From assembly GCA_963766075.1 (NCBI GenBank), contig CAVYAN010000008.1:1-64000 (forward strand): a stretch of DNA of 64,000 nucleotides, written 5' to 3'. Below the pieces are notes generated by a model. The model was not told the DNA's origin, did no database searches, and was given only the letters and a program-made list of their open reading frames with translations. How positions within the stretch are numbered: the stretch's first letter is position 1; each line of letters opens with the position of its first letter. Shown one piece after another: positions 21,945-32,925 of this stretch. Source of the stretch: an uncultured cyanobacterium. Its GTDB lineage: Bacteria > Cyanobacteriota > Cyanobacteriia > Leptolyngbyales > Leptolyngbyaceae. Both the position numbers and the translations under genes were made by a program.

Positions 21945-24266
21945 ATGACGTCTTCCCCCGGATCAGACTCGGCGCTGACCACACTTCTGCAAAAGTTGGG
22001 TCGTCCAGTGCCCGCGACTAATCCCAGTGCTGATGATAGTGCCCAATCGGGAGAATCCACCTGGAGCATGTCCCAGGTGACCGGCATGCTGCGGCGCAAA
22101 GCCATTATCCTGGGCATTAGTGCGCTGGCGATGGCGGGCTTGATGGGCGTCAAAACGGCTAAGAATACGCCCGAATTTGAAAGCAGTTTCCGCCTTCTCG
22201 TGGAACCCGTCACCCCCAAAACTCAGGTGGCGGACCAACTTACAGATGCCCCCGCCGCCCCCCCTTCCAATAAGGGCCTCGATTATTCCACCCAGATTGA
22301 AGTGCTCTACAGCCCCAAATTGCTCACGCCCGTTTTGCAAAAAGTCAACGAGCGCTATCCCGGATCTACCGTTGATGCGGTCGCGCCCAACCTTTCTGTG
22401 ATCCGACTGGGAGAAACCAAAATTATTGAGGTGACCTACCACGATTCCAACCCCGACAAAGTGCAGCTCATTTTGCAAAGTCTGGCCCAGGGATATTTGG
22501 AATACAGTCGGGAAGAACAACAATTCCAACTCAAGCAGGGGATGAAATTTGTCAAACAGGAATTGCCCAAAATTCAAAATCGGGTCAATTCTCTGCAACA
22601 GCAACTCGAACAACTGCGCCAGCAATTTAACTTGACTGACCCCCAAAGTGCTTCCGATGACTTAGCCAAACAGCTCCTTGCGCTGAATCAGCAGCGTCAG
22701 ACGATGGAAAGTGATATCGCGGCCATGAAAACGCGCGAAGCCATTCTGAGCGAGCAATTGGGCAAAACCACAGCTCTGAGCCAGTCCGTCCGCTACCAAG
22801 CCCTCCTGCAAAAATTTCAAGTCCTAGAACAGCAGATTGCGATCGAAGCCGCGCGCTTTGGGCCGAATAGTCCCAATATCCAACTGCTGCAACGGCAACA
22901 GGAAAACCTCGTCCCCATTTTGTTGAAAGAAGCGGCCCAAGCCGTGGGAGAGCAATTGGCTACCGTGGAAAACGATCTGCAAATTGTCCTGGCACGCTAT
23001 CAATCGCTCACCCAAGCCTATAACCAACTGAATGAGAAGTATCGTCAGATGCCTGCGGTGTCCCGGCAGTACAACGAGCTACAGCGGGAATTGGCGATCG
23101 CCACCGAAAGCCTAACCCGATTTTTGCAAACCCAAGACAATCTTCAGATCCAGGCTGCGAAAAATGATGTGCCTTGGCAATTATTGGCTGAACCCAAGCA
23201 TCTCAAGCTTAGACCAGGAGGCAATCCGGTTAAAAGTATGATCTCCGGGGCCATTACCGGGGCCATCCTGGGGATCATCCTCGCCTTCATGATCGAGAAA
23301 TTAGAAAACACGTACTATACGGTTGATGACCTGAAGCGGAAAGTGAAGTTACCGATCTTAGGCACCATTCCCCTGCATATTGATTTGAAGAATGAAGGCT
23401 TTCAGTCCAATATTGTTGATTTGCGCTCTGCCGATCGCACCATTCACCGCTCTATCGCTGAAAATGCCACCGACCTCAAGCATCGGTTGAAGGACTGGCT
23501 CAATCAGGCTCAGCCTACGACCACCACCCCAAATGCGCCCGCCCTGGCCCCAGCCACCGAAACAGTCCCAATCCACGCTCCAGAACTCGTTGCCACGAAC
23601 CGCAATACCGAACAAAATTATTGGCTGCGGGAATATGATGCCTACGGCTTCATGGAGTCCTTTCGGACGCTATACACCAACATCCAGGGCGTGGGCCTTA
23701 CAGAGCATATCTCCCTGGTGGTCAGCACCTCTCTCCCTGGCGAAGGCGGCACCACCATTGCCATCCACCTGGCCCAGTCCGCTGCGGCAATGGGCCAGCG
23801 GGTCCTGCTGGTCGATGCCCACCTCCGCCGGGGCAGCACGCCCGTTCAGGCCCTGCTTGGCCTCACCAACGAACTTGGCCTCAGTGAGTATTTAAGCGGC
23901 AATGCCACCCTGACGGAATCTATTCAACGCCTCTCCTGGGAATCCAACTTATTTGTGATGACTGCGGGGGTGCCGCCCGCCGATCCGACGCGGTTACTGT
24001 CTTCTGACAAAATGCAGTTGCTCATGGCGCAAATGCAGCAGGCTTTTGATCTGGTGATCTATGTGATGCCGCCCCTGATGGGATTGGCCGATGTCAAACT
24101 GATTAGCGCCCAAGCGACGGGATTACTCCTCGTCAACCGACTCGGAAGACGGGGCAGTGCCGGGGCCTTGGACCGCACGATCGCACAGTTACAATCGGCG
24201 CGGCTTCCCCTTGTGGGCGTCGTCGCGAATGGGCAGAAAAACTATGCGGTTGATTTATATGCCTAA
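21945..24266 (+). CDS. wzc: Wzc/GumC-family chain-length regulator with a degenerate kinase Walker A
   Basis: TM, coiled coil, TM, then ESFRTLYTNI...PGEGGTT...VLLVDAHLR. Confidence 0.88.
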   Translation: MTSSPGSDSALTTLLQKLGRPVPATNPSADDSAQSGESTWSMSQVTGMLRRKAIILGISALAMAGLMGVKTAKNTPEFESSFRLLVEPVTPKTQVADQLTDAPAAPPSNKGLDYSTQIEVLYSPKLLTPVLQKVNERYPGSTVDAVAPNLSVIRLGETKIIEVTYHDSNPDKVQLILQSLAQGYLEYSREEQQFQLKQGMKFVKQELPKIQNRVNSLQQQLEQLRQQFNLTDPQSASDDLAKQLLALNQQRQTMESDIAAMKTREAILSEQLGKTTALSQSVRYQALLQKFQVLEQQIAIEAARFGPNSPNIQLLQRQQENLVPILLKEAAQAVGEQLATVENDLQIVLARYQSLTQAYNQLNEKYRQMPAVSRQYNELQRELAIATESLTRFLQTQDNLQIQAAKNDVPWQLLAEPKHLKLRPGGNPVKSMISGAITGAILGIILAFMIEKLENTYYTVDDLKRKVKLPILGTIPLHIDLKNEGFQSNIVDLRSADRTIHRSIAENATDLKHRLKDWLNQAQPTTTTPNAPALAPATETVPIHAPELVATNRNTEQNYWLREYDAYGFMESFRTLYTNIQGVGLTEHISLVVSTSLPGEGGTTIAIHLAQSAAAMGQRVLLVDAHLRRGSTPVQALLGLTNELGLSEYLSGNATLTESIQRLSWESNLFVMTAGVPPADPTRLLSSDKMQLLMAQMQQAFDLVIYVMPPLMGLADVKLISAQATGLLLVNRLGRRGSAGALDRTIAQLQSARLPLVGVVANGQKNYAVDLYA

Positions 24267-24418
24267 ACTCGGCCTATGAAGTTATACGTGAACGCAGACA
24301 TCGGGGCACCGCGATCGCACTCCCTCATCTGCTTTTAATAGACGTAGTGGGAGTCTGACTGACTACTCACGTCTCATGCATCCCTAACCTAACCCTTTTA
24401 CTCCACATTGATTTCACC

Positions 24419-24772
24419 ATGACGATAACATTGGCAGATTTGAAGCAGCAGCATGACATTCCAGTTGTGATTGCGGATCACCAAGGTTTTGTAACCTACA
24501 TTAATCCGCGTTTTACCGAAGTTTTAGGCTGGCAAGAAACGGACATTATTGGGCAACTTTTAACCCTCATCCTGCCGGATAGTTTTCGCGACTCCCATAC
24601 GTTGGCGTTCTCCCGCTTTCAGGCTACGGAAACCGCCACCGTGCTCAATCATCCGATTCAGCTCAAAACCGTCACCAAAACTCAGGAAGAAATCTTGACT
24701 GAACATTTGATTGTGGCCGAAAAGCAGGGAGATATGTGGTTGTTTGGGGCTGTGCTGCGCCCTTTGCCCTAG
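24419..24772 (+). CDS. Stand-alone PAS domain protein
   Basis: [23 protein letters not shown]...[14 protein letters not shown] signature. Confidence 0.85.
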   Translation: MTITLADLKQQHDIPVVIADHQGFVTYINPRFTEVLGWQETDIIGQLLTLILPDSFRDSHTLAFSRFQATETATVLNHPIQLKTVTKTQEEILTEHLIVAEKQGDMWLFGAVLRPLP

Positions 24773-24800
24773 GAGGATATTAAAAAAAAGGCTAACTGTC

Positions 24801-27800
24801 ATGACCCCTAACACCATTGCTCTTGTTCACCAGTTGCGGACCACGCTTGGAAAAATGGAAGTGGCCCTCGATGCCGTTGCCAATGCCATTGTCTGGACGA
24901 ACGAAATCGGACAAGTGCAATGGTGCAATGCCCTATTTCTATCGATGATTCAGCGCTCCAAACTTCAAACCCTAGGACAACCCTTGCTGCCGTTGTTGCC
25001 CCTGAAGCAGGCCGGTGAACGTCTCCCCGATGCGGCCCACCCGATGCAGCGGGCCTTGGCAGAACAGAACCGGGGCGTAGCATTTTATGAATGGGAGTAT
25101 GCGGACACAACGGCAATTCTCGAAATTAACTGGTCGCCTTTTCCGTTTGAACAAGATAAATTTAGTGCTGTGTTGGCCATTCGGGATGTGACGGCGCAGC
25201 AACAAGCTCTAGTAGAACTACAGCAGTACCGAGAACAGCTAGAAGTCTTAGTCACAGAACGTACCACGGATTTAACCGTACTCAACGCACAATTACAAAC
25301 GGAAATTCGCGATTGCCAGCAGGTTGAAATCGCCCTACGGCAAGCAGAAGAGAACTATCGCAGCATCTTTGAAAATGCTAATGAGGGCATTTATCAAACC
25401 ACACTAGAAGGGCGGTATCGCAGTGCTAATCCAGCCTTAGCGAGAATTTATGGCTATGACTCTGTTGAAACCTTAATCACAGAAATTTCTGATATTAGAC
25501 ATCAGATTTATGTCCACGCAGACGCCCGCGAAGAGTTGGACCGTCGCATGCTGGCCGAGGGGAGTATCCGCAACTTTGAAGCCCAGGTCTATCGCCGGAA
25601 CGGGGATATCATTTGGATTTCGGAAAACGCCCGCCTGGTGCGGGATCCAAAGGGACAAGTTTTATACTACGAAGGTTCCGTTGCGGATATCACTGCCCGC
25701 AAGCAGGCAGAAGCCGCTCTCCAGGCCAGCGAAGCTCGGTTACGTCAGATTATCGATTTAGTCCCCCATCGAATTTTTGCCCAGGATCATCAAGGCCGAT
25801 TTATCCTGGTCAATCAGGCTTTGGCACAGTCCCTCGGACAGCCCATAGAAGATCTCCTAGGACAAGATGGCACAAAGCTATTGACCTCACCTGCAGGGAG
25901 CCTCTCCTACTCCGAAAACGACCGAGACATTATTCAAACGGGGCAACGCCAAGAAATTCCTGAATTAAGGATTACCACGGCTGAGGGAGAAGATCGGGTC
26001 TTACAAGTCACTAAAATCCCCTTTCATGTGTCTGACTCGCGCCTCCCCGCCGTCCTCAGTGTCGGCATCGATATTACAGAACTCAAACAGGCCGAAATAG
26101 CCCTCCAACAGCAGGCCGAGAAGGATAAACTCATCGCTGCGATCATGCTGCGGATTCGTCAATCGCTGAATTTGCCAGAGATCTTGCAGATCGTAACGGA
26201 TGAGGTGCGCCAGCTCCTCAATACTGATCGCGTCTTAGTGTATCAACTGGATCCCCACCACCAAGGCTTAATTGTGGCGGAGTCAGTGGCTTCCTCTTGG
26301 GGTACCCTCCTCAACCAGAATATTTGTGACAACTGTTTCCCCGAACAAACTTTTGTGCGATTTAGTCAGGGCCAACCCAAGTTCTATGACGATATTCAAA
26401 CAGCCGATTTAGATCCGTGCTATCTCGAATTTCTCGCTAGCTTACAGGTTGCTGCTCAAATTTCTGTGCCGATTGTGCAAGAAGAGCATTTGTGGGGGTT
26501 ATTGATTGTCCAACATTGCTCAGGTGTCCGCCATTGGGCCACTTGGGAAATCGATTTGTTACAACAATTGACCGACCAATTGGCGATCGCAGTCCAGCAG
26601 TCGGAACTCTATCAACAAATGCAAATCAAGCTGGTAGAGCGCCAGCGCATGGAGCAAGAATTGCGCACCAGCGAAGCCGCCATTCGGGCCTTGCATCAGG
26701 TCACCTCATCCCACAGCCTAGAGTTTGAGCCACGGCTGAAAGCCTTGCTCGATTTTGGGCGGAAACAATTTAGCCTGGATATTGGCCTGTTGTCCCAGGT
26801 ACAGGGCGATCGCTACACCATCCTATGCGCCCGCCTGCCCCAAGGCCGAACCCTCCGGGACATCTCCTTTGACCTCGCTCAAACCTACTGTGAAACCACT
26901 CTGCGGGCCGAAATGCCCATCTGCATTCTTTCCGCACGGGATAGCCATTGGCAGAGCCACGCCTGCTATCACACCTTTAAGCTGGAGTGCTATGTGGGCA
27001 TTCCCGTGTATGTGGCGGGAGAACTCTACGGCACGTTGTGTTTTAGCAGTTTTACCCCCCGCCGCCACGCCCTCAACAGCCTGGAACAAGAAATTCTGTG
27101 GATGATGGCGCAATGGATCGGGGGCGAAATTGAGCGCCAGCAAGCTGCCCAAGCCCTGGCCCAAGCCCGAGATGAAGCCATGGCCGCCACCGTCTCGAAG
27201 AGTGAATTTTTGGCGACGATGAGCCATGAAATTCGTACCCCGATGAATGCTGTCATCGGCATGACCGGCTTGTTGTTGGATACGCCCCTTTCCCTGGAGC
27301 AGGCCGATTTTGTCGAAACGATCCGCAACAGCGGTGAATCCCTCCTGACTATCATCAACAATATCCTGGACTTTTCTAAAATTGAGTCCGGCAAGCTGGA
27401 ACTGGAACAGCAACCCTTTGACCTGCGCCTCTGTGTCGAAGAATCCCTCGATTTGTTAGTGATGCAAGCCACAGCCAAAAGCTTGGAACTGATCCACCAG
27501 TTTGAGCCAGATGTCCCCCCCAGAATCATGGGAGATGTCACCCGATTGCGTCAGGTGATTGTCAATTTACTGAGCAATGCCGTCAAGTTTACAGAGTCCG
27601 GGGAAATTGTAGTGTCCGTTCAGGTTGTGGCAGACACTAGCGCTCCATCTATCCCGCCCGTCTCAGCGCTATCTAACTCAGCGCTATCTAACTCAGCGCT
27701 ATCTAACTCAGGACCGTCTGGTTCCCCCACGAAAATTTGCTTTACGGTGCAGGATACGGGCATTGGCATTCCCCAGGAGCGCATGAATCGCCTATTTCAG

Positions 27801-29378
27801 CCCTTTAGCCAAGTTGACGCTTCGACAACGCGCAAGTATGGCGGCACTGGCCTCGGGTTAGTGATTTGTAAGCAATTGGTGGCTTTAATGGGGGGCGAAA
27901 TGTGGGTGGACAGTGTTGTCGGCCAAGGCACGACGTTTCATTTCACAATTTTGGTCCCGGCAGTGCCCGCGCCGCTGGCGCTGATGCCGCAGGCCAGTGC
28001 GGAGATGCTCCATGGCAAACGGGTGTTGATCGTGGATGATAACGCCACGAATCGGCAGCTTTTGGACAAGCAAACTCAAAACTGGGGGATGGTGTCTCAT
28101 GCCGTGAGTTCGGGAGCAGAAGCGCTGACTTGCCTAGCCCAGAGTGCACCGTTTGATTTAGCGATTGTTGATATGCAAATGCCGGAAATGAATGGCATCA
28201 CCCTGGCACAACGGATCCACAAGCTGCCCCATAGGGCGTCGTTATCACTGGTCATGTTAACGTCCTGGAGTCGCCAAGATATGCCGCAGCAGGCGCTAGA
28301 GGCCGACTTTGCGGGGTGTTTAACCAAACCAGTGAAACAATCCCAGTTGCTCAACTTGCTGTGTCAAGTGCTGGCACCGGGAAATGTAGTCCTCCAGCCT
28401 GCCCAGATCCAACCGCAGGCGATTATTCACGATCTGGCGGAGCAGCATCCGCTCAGTATCTTGCTGACAGAAGATAACGCCACCAACCAAAAATTGGTCT
28501 TACAGATGCTGAAACGGATGGGATATCGGGCGGATGTGGCCGGGAATGGCCTGGAGGCGATCGCCGCCGTTCGCCGACAAACCTACGATTTAATTTTTAT
28601 GGATGTTCAGATGCCAGAGATGGATGGGTTAGCGGCAACGCGCCAAATCTGTCGGCAGTGGCCCAAACCCGATCGCCCCCGCATTATCGCGATGACGGCC
28701 AACGCCATGCAGGGTGATCGTCAAAATTGCCTCGATGCTGGGATGGATGACTACATCAGTAAGCCAATTCGTTTGGATGAAGTTGCCAAGGTGCTGAAAA
28801 CAACCCAGCCCCGTAGCGGCCATCCTCCCAAGGCCATGCTTGCGCTCAAACCTCCTGTGGATGCACCCCCCGTGAATATAACCCCCTTGGATCCCCCCCC
28901 TGTGGATACCCCTCCTGTGGATACGACAACTCAACCCATCGCACCCTCCGAAAATTTGGCCCCGCCCGGGCTATCATCCCTGCCCGCCGCGATCGCCCTC
29001 GATGGGTCTGGCTGCCTAGACGAAACCGTTTTTACTGAGCTGAGTCAAGCCATTGGCGAAGACAGTCCAGATATTCTACTAGACACGATTACGTCCTACC
29101 TAGAAGATGTCCCGCTTTATGTCCAATCCATTGTGACGGGCATTCCCCTAAATGATGCCGCCGCAATTATTCGGGCGGCCCATACGTGCAAAGGCATGAG
29201 TGCTACCTTTGGGGCCATGCGATTGTCCACCCTTTGCCACCAGCTAGAAATCCTAGGCATGGAGGGCAAGCTTCAGGAAATCTCCCCCCTGCTGCCACCC
29301 TTAGAGGCTGAATTTAGCAGCGTGAAAGCCGCTCTGCTCCACAAACAAACCCTCCTGAACCCGGCTCTGCCCAGCTAG
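24801..29378 (+). CDS. Hybrid sensor kinase PAS3-GAF2-HisKA-HATPase-REC2-Hpt
   Basis: [31 protein letters not shown], two receiver domains (DMQMP, DVQMP), Hpt AHTCKG. Confidence 0.93.
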   Translation: MTPNTIALVHQLRTTLGKMEVALDAVANAIVWTNEIGQVQWCNALFLSMIQRSKLQTLGQPLLPLLPLKQAGERLPDAAHPMQRALAEQNRGVAFYEWEYADTTAILEINWSPFPFEQDKFSAVLAIRDVTAQQQALVELQQYREQLEVLVTERTTDLTVLNAQLQTEIRDCQQVEIALRQAEENYRSIFENANEGIYQTTLEGRYRSANPALARIYGYDSVETLITEISDIRHQIYVHADAREELDRRMLAEGSIRNFEAQVYRRNGDIIWISENARLVRDPKGQVLYYEGSVADITARKQAEAALQASEARLRQIIDLVPHRIFAQDHQGRFILVNQALAQSLGQPIEDLLGQDGTKLLTSPAGSLSYSENDRDIIQTGQRQEIPELRITTAEGEDRVLQVTKIPFHVSDSRLPAVLSVGIDITELKQAEIALQQQAEKDKLIAAIMLRIRQSLNLPEILQIVTDEVRQLLNTDRVLVYQLDPHHQGLIVAESVASSWGTLLNQNICDNCFPEQTFVRFSQGQPKFYDDIQTADLDPCYLEFLASLQVAAQISVPIVQEEHLWGLLIVQHCSGVRHWATWEIDLLQQLTDQLAIAVQQSELYQQMQIKLVERQRMEQELRTSEAAIRALHQVTSSHSLEFEPRLKALLDFGRKQFSLDIGLLSQVQGDRYTILCARLPQGRTLRDISFDLAQTYCETTLRAEMPICILSARDSHWQSHACYHTFKLECYVGIPVYVAGELYGTLCFSSFTPRRHALNSLEQEILWMMAQWIGGEIERQQAAQALAQARDEAMAATVSKSEFLATMSHEIRTPMNAVIGMTGLLLDTPLSLEQADFVETIRNSGESLLTIINNILDFSKIESGKLELEQQPFDLRLCVEESLDLLVMQATAKSLELIHQFEPDVPPRIMGDVTRLRQVIVNLLSNAVKFTESGEIVVSVQVVADTSAPSIPPVSALSNSALSNSALSNSGPSGSPTKICFTVQDTGIGIPQERMNRLFQPFSQVDASTTRKYGGTGLGLVICKQLVALMGGEMWVDSVVGQGTTFHFTILVPAVPAPLALMPQASAEMLHGKRVLIVDDNATNRQLLDKQTQNWGMVSHAVSSGAEALTCLAQSAPFDLAIVDMQMPEMNGITLAQRIHKLPHRASLSLVMLTSWSRQDMPQQALEADFAGCLTKPVKQSQLLNLLCQVLAPGNVVLQPAQIQPQAIIHDLAEQHPLSILLTEDNATNQKLVLQMLKRMGYRADVAGNGLEAIAAVRRQTYDLIFMDVQMPEMDGLAATRQICRQWPKPDRPRIIAMTANAMQGDRQNCLDAGMDDYISKPIRLDEVAKVLKTTQPRSGHPPKAMLALKPPVDAPPVNITPLDPPPVDTPPVDTTTQPIAPSENLAPPGLSSLPAAIALDGSGCLDETVFTELSQAIGEDSPDILLDTITSYLEDVPLYVQSIVTGIPLNDAAAIIRAAHTCKGMSATFGAMRLSTLCHQLEILGMEGKLQEISPLLPPLEAEFSSVKAALLHKQTLLNPALPS

Positions 29379-29445
29379 CAGAGCTTGCTCCCTGAGCGTA
29401 GTCGCAGGGAGCGTAGTCGCAGGGAGCCACGTTCCGAAGAGGCTT

Positions 29446-29955
29446 CTAGGTCTGCTGCCAGAAGCGTTGATGGATGATGGCGATTTCTGCTTCTACTTCT
29501 GCGATCGGTCCCCACACCTTAATGGGCTTTTGGCCGCGATCGAACAAGTCGCGGCAGGGCAAGCTGAGCGTTGGATTTTCGGCATGATTGCCCGTCAGTT
29601 GCAGGAGACGTGACTCCGACAAGCCATAGACTAGGCGGCCTACATGGCCCCAATACTGGGTTGCCGCGCACATGGCACAGGGTTCAACGGTGGTGTACAG
29701 TGTGCAGTGCCACAGGTAAGCCGGACTAAAATTGGTGCAAGCCGTCCGAATGATGACTGATTCTGCATGGTTGACGGTATCGACATTGCCCTGGGCCAGC
29801 AACACGGTCTCATGATCGGGGGCAACCAAGATGGCCCCAAAGGGGTGATGCCCAAAGGTTTGGGAGCGCACGGCAATTTGGTTCGCTGTCCTCAAATGCT
29901 GGGTCATCTGAGGAGGTGTGGGGTCGGGGTTCGTAAAGTTTGTGTGGGACAACAT
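29446..29955 (-). CDS. Zn-dependent nucleoside/nucleobase deaminase (CDA fold)
   Basis: PFGAILV, HAE and EPCAMC motifs; start uncertain. Confidence 0.88.
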   Translation of the reverse strand: MLSHTNFTNPDPTPPQMTQHLRTANQIAVRSQTFGHHPFGAILVAPDHETVLLAQGNVDTVNHAESVIIRTACTNFSPAYLWHCTLYTTVEPCAMCAATQYWGHVGRLVYGLSESRLLQLTGNHAENPTLSLPCRDLFDRGQKPIKVWGPIAEVEAEIAIIHQRFWQQT

Positions 29956-30032
29956 GTACCGATGCTCGTCAGTAGACGGGGAATTAACCGCTGGGTTCAT
30001 TATCATCTGGATTGTCTGAACAGGCTTATCCA

Positions 30033-30054
30033 TCTAGATACATTTGTCTAGACA
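30033..30054. promoter_or_regulatory. Palindromic putative operator (GntR/HutC-like GTCTAGAC box)
   Basis: TCTAGATACATTTGTCTAGA overlapping the perfect palindrome TGTCTAGACA, between divergent genes. Confidence 0.35.
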
Positions 30055-30115
30055 CGGCCAGTTGTGTTGGACTAGATTAAAATTAGAGTAGAAGCGTATC
30101 CTCTGAAAACTGCCT

Positions 30116-30391
30116 GTGCTGAAATCGATCTATCGGCGTGAACCCGTTGTCAGCTTTGCTGTCACGGTGGGAATTGTCAATGCGCTACTGGGCGGAGTGA
30201 CCGACCATCCTACCCTGCTGGGGTTAGGCTTGAGCACCGCTGGCGTGACGATAATTCTGCGGTGGTGGATGCTGCAACAACTGCGCCGCCCCCTCTCACC
30301 GCCCGCTCAGCCAGCGGTCTACGTCTTGCCGCCTGCGCGCCCCAATCGGACTCCCCTCCATCTGCCCAAAAAAGCGCCCCCCCTGCGCTAA
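30116..30391 (+). CDS. Small membrane protein
   Basis: Two hydrophobic segments and a Pro-rich tail; directly upstream of the ABC gene. Confidence 0.65.
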   Translation: MLKSIYRREPVVSFAVTVGIVNALLGGVTDHPTLLGLGLSTAGVTIILRWWMLQQLRRPLSPPAQPAVYVLPPARPNRTPLHLPKKAPPLR

Positions 30392-30438
30392 GCAGCGGGA
30401 GCCGCTCCAAAATCACGTACCATGGATAGGGTCTATGC

Positions 30439-32244
30439 ATGGACGGCAGTTCTTCGATGGCACACTCTCGGCTGGATAAATTATGGCTTTACCTGCGTCC
30501 CCACTGGCGTCAGGCGGCGTGGGGGGTGGGGGCGTTATTCGTCGTGAATGCTCTGGGGGTCTACATTCCGCTGCAAATTCGCGAGGCGATCGACAAATTT
30601 CAAGGTAATTTTAGCTTTGCGATCGCCCTGCACTACGTAGTACTGGTGCTGGTGCTCTCTTCCCTGATGTGGGGAGTACGGATGGCCTCGCGGGTGGCGC
30701 TGTTTGGCGTGGGACGGCAGGTGGAATTTGACCTGAAGCAACGGATTTTTACGCATCTGCTGCGGATGGAACCGGCCTATTTTGCGGCCAATACCATTGG
30801 TGATTTAATTAACCGGGCCACCAGTGATGTGGACAATATTCGGCGGCTGATGGGGTTTGCCGTGCTGAGCTTAGCGAATACGGTGTTTGCCTACGCCCTG
30901 ACTCTACCGGCAATGCTGGGGATTAGCTGGTCGTTGACGGCGCTGGCGCTGGGTGTGTATCCGGTGATGTTAGTGCTGGTGCGCTTGTTCAGTGAAAAGT
31001 TGCGATCGCAACAGCTCCATGTCCAAGAGGAACTGTCCACCATCAGTGAGCTGATCCAAGAGGATATGAGTGGGATGGGGTTGGTGAAAATCTACGCCCA
31101 GGAAGCCAACGAACGCCAAGCCTTTGGGGATTTAAATCAACGCTTGCTCCAGGCTAGCTTGAAACTTTCATTAACCCGAAATCTATTATTTCCATTACTG
31201 CGGGGGTTAGCTAGCGTCAGTCTTTTGGTGGTACTGTGGTTCGGCGTCAGTGCTATCCAAAGTGGTGTCCTGAGTGTTGGCAGTTTTATTGCCTTACTCT
31301 TGTTTGTGGAACGGTTAGCCTTCCCCACGGCTCTGCTCGGCTTTACGATTACGGCGTACCAGCGGGGTGAAGTTAGCATCGATCGCATCGAAGCGATCCT
31401 GTCGGTTGAACCCCGGATTCAGGATCAGGCCACGGCGATAGCCCTGCCCCTGCCTGACGTGAAAGGAGAGCTAACTGCCCAGAATCTCTCGTTTATCTTT
31501 CCCGACCCCACGAGCGGCAAAATCCAAGACACGCTCGCTCTCAATGCCGTGAACTTTACCATTGCGCCCCAGGAAACCGTGGCGATCGTCGGGCCAATTG
31601 GGGCGGGAAAATCCACTTTGGCCAATGCCCTGCCGCGCTTGTTGGACATTGCTCCCGGTCAGCTCTTTCTGGATGGCTATGATGTGACTCAATTGAGACT
31701 GGAGGATCTGCGGGGGGCGATCGCCCACGTGCCGCAAGACAGCTTTCTTTTCAGCAGCACCATCCAAGACAACATTCGCTATGGCGACCCCACTGCCTTG
31801 AACACAGATGTGATCGCCGCCGCCAAAATCGCCCAAATTCACGAAGAAATCCTCAATTTTCCCCGCCAGTACGAAACGATTGTCGGCGAACGTGGCATCA
31901 CCCTATCCGGCGGGCAACGCCAGCGTACCGCCCTGGCCCGCGCCCTCTTGGTCGATGCCCCCATTCTCATCCTGGATGATGCGTTGTCCAGTGTGGATAA
32001 TCAAACCGCCACGCGGATTTTACAGGGATTGGGCACTGGCAATCCTAACCAATCCACCGTGCGGCAACGCAAAACTGTCGTGTTCATTTCCCACCAGCTT
32101 TCAGCAGCGGCAATGGCAGACCGAATTTTTGTCATGGCCGCAGGAAAAATTGTCCAGATGGGCACCCATGCGGCCCTGGTGGAACAGCCCGGTCTCTATC
32201 AAACCCTCTGGAACCAGCAGCGCCTAGAGGAGGTGCTAGCGTAG
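30439..32244 (+). CDS. ABC transporter, fused permease/ATPase (MdlA/MsbA-like)
   Basis: TM domain, GPIGAGKST, LSGGQRQR, ILDDALSSVD. Confidence 0.93.
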   Translation: MDGSSSMAHSRLDKLWLYLRPHWRQAAWGVGALFVVNALGVYIPLQIREAIDKFQGNFSFAIALHYVVLVLVLSSLMWGVRMASRVALFGVGRQVEFDLKQRIFTHLLRMEPAYFAANTIGDLINRATSDVDNIRRLMGFAVLSLANTVFAYALTLPAMLGISWSLTALALGVYPVMLVLVRLFSEKLRSQQLHVQEELSTISELIQEDMSGMGLVKIYAQEANERQAFGDLNQRLLQASLKLSLTRNLLFPLLRGLASVSLLVVLWFGVSAIQSGVLSVGSFIALLLFVERLAFPTALLGFTITAYQRGEVSIDRIEAILSVEPRIQDQATAIALPLPDVKGELTAQNLSFIFPDPTSGKIQDTLALNAVNFTIAPQETVAIVGPIGAGKSTLANALPRLLDIAPGQLFLDGYDVTQLRLEDLRGAIAHVPQDSFLFSSTIQDNIRYGDPTALNTDVIAAAKIAQIHEEILNFPRQYETIVGERGITLSGGQRQRTALARALLVDAPILILDDALSSVDNQTATRILQGLGTGNPNQSTVRQRKTVVFISHQLSAAAMADRIFVMAAGKIVQMGTHAALVEQPGLYQTLWNQQRLEEVLA

Positions 32245-32274
32245 TCTTTCAAGAGTCACCATCAGGAGCCACCA

Positions 32275-32631
32275 TTAGGAGCCAATCCGCTGATATCCGG
32301 CTGTCGCTGGCGACACCACTGAAATGAAAATCAAGGGCACATCACCGGTGTTGCAGACGCCGTGCACGCATCTGGTCGGGGCCACGACCACATCTCCCAC
32401 CGCGATCGGTGTGGTTGGGCCTGCGGCCTCTAGATAATATTCTCCCGTTCCGCTCAAGATAGTCCAGGTATCTTGGCCGTGGGGATGGATGTGTGCAGGG
32501 ATTTCCTGTCCCGGTTTAATGTACCAGGCGACAACGACAGCCTCCAGCGATTCCGTAATAACGGAACGAATGGGCTCTCCCTCCGTCGGTTGGAAAAATT
32601 CAGCGCTGTTAAAGATTCGGGTTGATCGCAT
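32275..32631 (-). CDS. Cupin domain protein
   Basis: HIHPHGQDTW...G.VVVAP...HGV cupin motifs. Confidence 0.88.
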   Translation of the reverse strand: MRSTRIFNSAEFFQPTEGEPIRSVITESLEAVVVAWYIKPGQEIPAHIHPHGQDTWTILSGTGEYYLEAAGPTTPIAVGDVVVAPTRCVHGVCNTGDVPLIFISVVSPATAGYQRIGS

Positions 32632-32925
32632 TTTGGTGCTTTATTGACGTTGTGTTCTATCACAACCGGAATTATCACAACTGAAAATGAGCAAACGCTG
32701 AGAACATGCTCCTGATTTCAGAAATTCTTTTGGATTTGCTGCGGGCACTGATCGCTGAATGACAATCTTGCGCCGAATAATGTAACCGCGCTGACTGACT
32801 GCACTGACCGACTGCACTGACTGACTGCGCTGGCAGAGCGCCTGCTGCACCCCAGTTCCGGCCCCTGACTGTCATCTGAGATACCACGACGAGAAGGCTT
32901 TGCCAGTCTAATAAAATATTCCTCT

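Noticed and set aside
32781..32795. NtcA box upstream of codB
   Set aside because: GTA-N8-GAC is only a partial match and overlaps a micro-repeat
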